DNA of 64,000 nucleotides from Candidatus Poribacteria bacterium (lineage in GTDB: Bacteria > Poribacteria > WGA-4E > WGA-3G), in assembly GCA_965214095.1 (NCBI GenBank), contig OZ243938.1, positions 640,001-704,000 on the forward strand, written 5' to 3'. The position numbers were made by a program, and so were the translations under genes. Of the stretch, positions 59,941-64,000 are shown piece after piece. The notes beneath the pieces were generated by a model. It was not told the origin of the DNA. It searched no databases and saw nothing but the letters and a program-made list of their open reading frames with translations. The stretch's first letter is position 1. The number at the start of each line of letters is the position of its first letter.

Positions 59941-60899
59941 TGGTGAATGGTATGGAAAAACTAAGAATTGCCCTAATCGGATGTGGCGGACGTGGACGAG
60001 GACACTTGAATATACTATCTGGATTTGATGACGTTAACCTCGTTGCAGTCTGTGATCCCGTTGAAAATGCCAGAAACAGTACAGGCGATACATTCAAGAT
60101 CCCAAAACGTTATGAATCTATTGATACCTTACTTGACAATGAAGAACTGGATGCAGTTTTCGTAGCGACACCAGCACATCTCAATGGTGAAGCCGCGTTA
60201 CCCTGTTTTGAACGTGGTATTGACACTTTACTTGAAAAACCACCAGGAATGAGCGTAGAAGAGACCATCACTTTACGAGATACCGCTAAGCAGACAGGTG
60301 CGAAAGGGATGGTTGGTTGGAACCGCCGTTTTCACCCCATTATAGTTCAAGCTAAGCAAATGGTGATGGAACGCGGTCCCGTCACGCAAGTGGTCGGGGA
60401 ATTCCACAAGAGCATCACCCGATTAGCACAATCCGGTATATTTCCTGAAATACTGATGGATAATATGTTCCTTGAAACACCCATTCATGCTCTTGACACT
60501 ATACGCGCTATCGCTGAGTCGGACATCCAGGAAGTGCATAGTGTTGTGAAACGGACAATCTCCGATTATAAGGATGTTCACGCCGCGTTGATACTCTTTG
60601 AAAATGGATGTGTTGCACAACTCATCGCAAACTATACAACCGATGCACGACTTGAACGTTATGAGATACACGGTAGAAATATCTCCGCATATCTTGAAGG
60701 TGTAGGTCAAGGAACAGTCTATTGCAATGGCACACACCATAAACTCACAGATGCTGGGAGTGGCGGAACAGTTCAGCAAAACCGCTATTTTCTGGATTGT
60801 GTTCAAAACAACACGCCAATTTCATTGCCAGCAGCGAACTTAGATGAAGCAGTTAACACGATGCAACTTGCAGATCAAATATTAAAGTCTACGAGATAA
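59940..60899 (+). CDS. Gfo/Idh/MocA oxidoreductase
   Basis: IGCGGRG, VATP, LEKP, GWNRRF motifs. Confidence 0.92.
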   Translation: MVNGMEKLRIALIGCGGRGRGHLNILSGFDDVNLVAVCDPVENARNSTGDTFKIPKRYESIDTLLDNEELDAVFVATPAHLNGEAALPCFERGIDTLLEKPPGMSVEETITLRDTAKQTGAKGMVGWNRRFHPIIVQAKQMVMERGPVTQVVGEFHKSITRLAQSGIFPEILMDNMFLETPIHALDTIRAIAESDIQEVHSVVKRTISDYKDVHAALILFENGCVAQLIANYTTDARLERYEIHGRNISAYLEGVGQGTVYCNGTHHKLTDAGSGGTVQQNRYFLDCVQNNTPISLPAANLDEAVNTMQLADQILKSTR

Positions 60900-60926
60900 T
60901 TTTTCACATTTTCTACAGGATACAAC

Positions 60927-61751
60927 ATGCCAACATTAGAACAACGACTTGAAGACTATAAGACCGACGGTTTCACTATCTTTGAAAAAGTTTTTGACGA
61001 TGAACAGATGGAACTCTGGAAAGAGAAACACCAAGAACTTTCGGCAGCACATAATGGTCAAACATGGTTTGCAAATACGCTTGAATTAGCACCAAAACTA
61101 ATGTGGTCTGCCGTTTCTCATCAAACTATCTTAGATTTTCTTGAAAAGGTGATGGGACCCTTTGTGCAGTTAGATAATCTAACACTTGCTGCATTTGCCT
61201 CAATTGAACCAGAAAAGGCAGAGGGGAGAGTTTCAGGATGGCATCGAGATAGATGGGCGCATGTTCCGTTCACCGATGCATATCATCGACCAAATGCTAT
61301 CAATGCAATATCATACCTACAAGACCTAACCGATGCGTTCGGTCCTCTCCGTGTGATTGTCGGTTCACATAGAAAACCTATTACTATTGAAGATGCAGAC
61401 CGTGGAATTCCACATCCAGATGAAACCATTATTCACATGAAAGCAGGGGACGTTGTTATTACTCATAACGGTCTCATACATTCAGGAACGCCGAATACTT
61501 CCGGTCAACTTCGCTACTTCTTTAGTATTTATTACAACTTGACATGGCTTAAACATACCGACCATCACACCGGACCCCATACACAAAAGATTCTTGCAGA
61601 TGCAAAAGCAGCAAATAATCATCAATATATGCGTCTTCTTGGTGTTGATGAGCAGCTACAACCCCGATGCAACTCAGGTTTCCTCCAGTCTGACGAAGAA
61701 CGATGGGAACAGTGGGCAGCCGCAGACAAAGCAGCGATTAAGGAGGAGTAG
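60927..61751 (+). CDS. PhyH family dioxygenase
   Basis: WHRD, VGSH, IHSG motifs. Confidence 0.9.
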   Translation: MPTLEQRLEDYKTDGFTIFEKVFDDEQMELWKEKHQELSAAHNGQTWFANTLELAPKLMWSAVSHQTILDFLEKVMGPFVQLDNLTLAAFASIEPEKAEGRVSGWHRDRWAHVPFTDAYHRPNAINAISYLQDLTDAFGPLRVIVGSHRKPITIEDADRGIPHPDETIIHMKAGDVVITHNGLIHSGTPNTSGQLRYFFSIYYNLTWLKHTDHHTGPHTQKILADAKAANNHQYMRLLGVDEQLQPRCNSGFLQSDEERWEQWAAADKAAIKEE

Positions 61752-61754
61752 ACA

Positions 61755-62501
61755 ATGGCAGAAGGACCTGTAGTACCTCCACATTTGAACGTTGAACTTG
61801 ACCATCAACTGCAACAGGAAGTGAACTTTTTCCTAAAATGGGGTTATCTTATAGTAGATGATGCAGCAACCCCTGAACAGATTGAATCTCTACGTAATGC
61901 ACTCGATGAAAGTTATGAGAGACGCGAAAAAAGTCAATTCATCGGGGAATTGCTTGAAGAGGATGACAGGTTTGCATTTCTCCTTGACAACCAACCTGTG
62001 ATGAAACGGATGGAGGCAATATTGGGAACGTGTGTCCAACTCCACAGTGCCACTGCTCGTATCACTGAACCGGGAACTCCAGACCAAAATTGGCATCGTG
62101 ACGGACCTTGGCCGGTTGACCCTTATGGGACACCTTATGGAAGTCTACCTGCTCAAATAAACTGCGGATACTATCTTGATGAAGTCACTGATGAAGCCGG
62201 GCCGACAGTGGTGCAACCCGGTAGTCATAGGGCACCATTCCGTCCACCCCCAAGTCCTGTTCAGCTTCCAGACGAGAAACGTGTGTTAGTTTCACCAGGA
62301 CAGGCAGTGATGTTTGATGGATGGACGTGGCATCGTGGTGCTGCAAATACATCAGATAAACGGAGACGTGTCTGTTTGATGTGCTATCAGAACGCATGGA
62401 TGAAATCTCGCGAACCCTTTAACGGACCCCGCGTCACAAAACTACGAGAGGAAGGCACTCCCAAACAGAAGTTACTTCTCGGAGCAATCCCAAAATGGTA
62501 A
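61755..62501 (+). CDS. PhyH family dioxygenase
   Basis: WHRD, PGSH, WHRG..N.S..RR motifs. Confidence 0.9.
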   Translation: MAEGPVVPPHLNVELDHQLQQEVNFFLKWGYLIVDDAATPEQIESLRNALDESYERREKSQFIGELLEEDDRFAFLLDNQPVMKRMEAILGTCVQLHSATARITEPGTPDQNWHRDGPWPVDPYGTPYGSLPAQINCGYYLDEVTDEAGPTVVQPGSHRAPFRPPPSPVQLPDEKRVLVSPGQAVMFDGWTWHRGAANTSDKRRRVCLMCYQNAWMKSREPFNGPRVTKLREEGTPKQKLLLGAIPKW

Positions 62502-62550
62502 CATGAAAAAATTGGTGCAGTCTTTGTACCATTACCAACGGAGAATTTAT

Positions 62551-64000
62551 ATGAATATCGCTTACATTGTTATTGATACACTACGTTATGATTACATTGG
62601 CGCAAACGGTAATGATTGGATAGAAACCCCTAACTTCGACCGATTTGCTGAGAAATCTTGGGCATTTGATCGTGCGTTCTTAGCAAGTTTCCCGACTATT
62701 CCATATCGGACAGATGTTATTACGGGGCAATATGGGGCTCCCTTCCATCCTTGGAAACCACTTCGTCATGAACGACAAACACTCCCCAGAACACTTGCAC
62801 AACGTGGATACGCAACACAACTCATTCACGATACACCACACCTTGTCAATGGTGGACACAACTTCGATTGGCCCTTCCATGCATGGACATTTATCAGAGG
62901 TGCTGAAGTAGACCGTGATTGGATTATGGATACTGTTCCGTGGCCAGAGAATTGGAAGAAAGAACCACTCTTTGATTGTTTAGGTGATCAGGCATTTCAA
63001 TCAAATATGCTACGAAGTTATTCTCGTGCAAACCGGAATCGCAAATCTCTTGACGATTGGAACTGTGCTAAATTATTCAACACTGCCGCACAATTTCTCA
63101 AAGATAATGCTAAAAGAGAAAACTTCTTCCTTTGGGTTGATTGCTTCGATCCACATGAACCGTGGGATGCACCTCCAGAATTTATGCTAAAATACGATAA
63201 ACGAGATGGATATGATGGAAACATTGACCCACGCAGCCTCGGTGGAAGAAACAAAGATGTCCTTTCAGATGAAGCAACTGAACACATCAAACATCAATAC
63301 GCAGCAAAGGTAACGTGGATGGATCATTGCTTCGGGCAATTCGTGGACGCACTTGAATCCACCGGTCTTGATAAGAATACTGCTGTTATTCTCACAGGTG
63401 ATCATGGCACAAATGTCGCGGAACGCGGTTCGTTTGGTAAAGGACAACCTATTCGTGAACAGGTAGGACACGTTCCACTATTCGTCCGTTTACCTGAAGG
63501 AGATACCGGACGAAGTAATGTCATTGTGCAACCACAGGATTTCTTCCCAACTATTATTAATATGCTTGGACAAGATCTTCCAGAAGGTCTTGAAGGACAC
63601 GACTTTTTAACACCAGCACGAGACGGAAAATCTGGAGAAAGAAAGATCGCCTTATCAGGTGGAAGTGTTGAAAGATGGAGACAAGCAGGCAATAGAGAAA
63701 AAGCTGTCCTCTTTACAGCATTTGACCAAGAATGGAATATAGAGGTTGCGACAAAACCTGAAAACTCAAGATTGATAAAACTCGGTTCGTTGGATTATGT
63801 TGAAGATCAACATCAGGATGTCGTTGCGAAACTACATGCAACTGCTGTTGATGAGATTTCCCAACGGGGGATTGATCCTGCATTGATGGATTGGTTGCGT
63901 AGTGAAGGTAAGAATGAATTTCCTTCCGATGTTGTCTTTTGGGATGGTTACCCGGGTCCAGCAGGTTATTCACCATATTTCGGCAGGCTTTATCCTGGTG
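62551..64000 (+). CDS. Sulfatase-like hydrolase (alkaline phosphatase superfamily), runs off the window
   Basis: Manual translation: MNIAYIVIDTLRYD..TPNFD..SFPTIPYR..FDPHEPWD..GDHG; no stop before the window end. Confidence 0.88.
   Translation, partial: MNIAYIVIDTLRYDYIGANGNDWIETPNFDRFAEKSWAFDRAFLASFPTIPYRTDVITGQYGAPFHPWKPLRHERQTLPRTLAQRGYATQLIHDTPHLVNGGHNFDWPFHAWTFIRGAEVDRDWIMDTVPWPENWKKEPLFDCLGDQAFQSNMLRSYSRANRNRKSLDDWNCAKLFNTAAQFLKDNAKRENFFLWVDCFDPHEPWDAPPEFMLKYDKRDGYDGNIDPRSLGGRNKDVLSDEATEHIKHQYAAKVTWMDHCFGQFVDALESTGLDKNTAVILTGDHGTNVAERGSFGKGQPIREQVGHVPLFVRLPEGDTGRSNVIVQPQDFFPTIINMLGQDLPEGLEGHDFLTPARDGKSGERKIALSGGSVERWRQAGNREKAVLFTAFDQEWNIEVATKPENSRLIKLGSLDYVEDQHQDVVAKLHATAVDEISQRGIDPALMDWLRSEGKNEFPSDVVFWDGYPGPAGYSPYFGRLYPG

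Noticed and set aside
1-64000. tRNA/rRNA genes, riboswitches and an autonomous transposase or RAYT
   Set aside because: None recognised by eye; a covariance-model scan would be needed to exclude small RNAs.

Overview
A ~40% GC bacterial chromosomal segment. The gene set (three PhyH dioxygenases, sulfatases, a DUF1501/DUF1549-DUF1553 cluster, Uma2, Rpn, TPR/WG/YCF48 repeat proteins, a C-terminal 'KLxxxWGxLK' motif) suggests Candidatus Poribacteria; this is an inference. Housekeeping genes are thrS, iscS, uvrC, trmB, glnD, rbsK, birA, trpC and trpD. Main discoveries: (1) A defence island at 34.3-44.0 kb joins an SspBCD-like phosphorothioation module (sspB-like gene frameshifted), a sulfur-binding-domain HNH nuclease, a catalytically dead long Argonaute and a 2-TM effector, all on one strand. 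(2) A cytochrome c-WD40 protein continues through a UGA into an HMA domain (GMT-U-SAC) followed by a SECIS-like hairpin, so it is a probable selenoprotein missed by the ORF track. (3) A mosaic array at 44.1-52.2 kb holds Rpn nuclease genes with internal antitoxin-like starts, an orphan short form, phage TerS-like remnants, and duplicated rbsK promoter and 5' fragments. (4) Intergenic DNA is built from several MITE 'shell' families that carry interchangeable GTAG-REP hairpin 'cargos', with nested, site-preferential insertions and one filled/empty allele pair. I saw no CRISPR array, rRNA or tRNA. All coordinates were read by eye.
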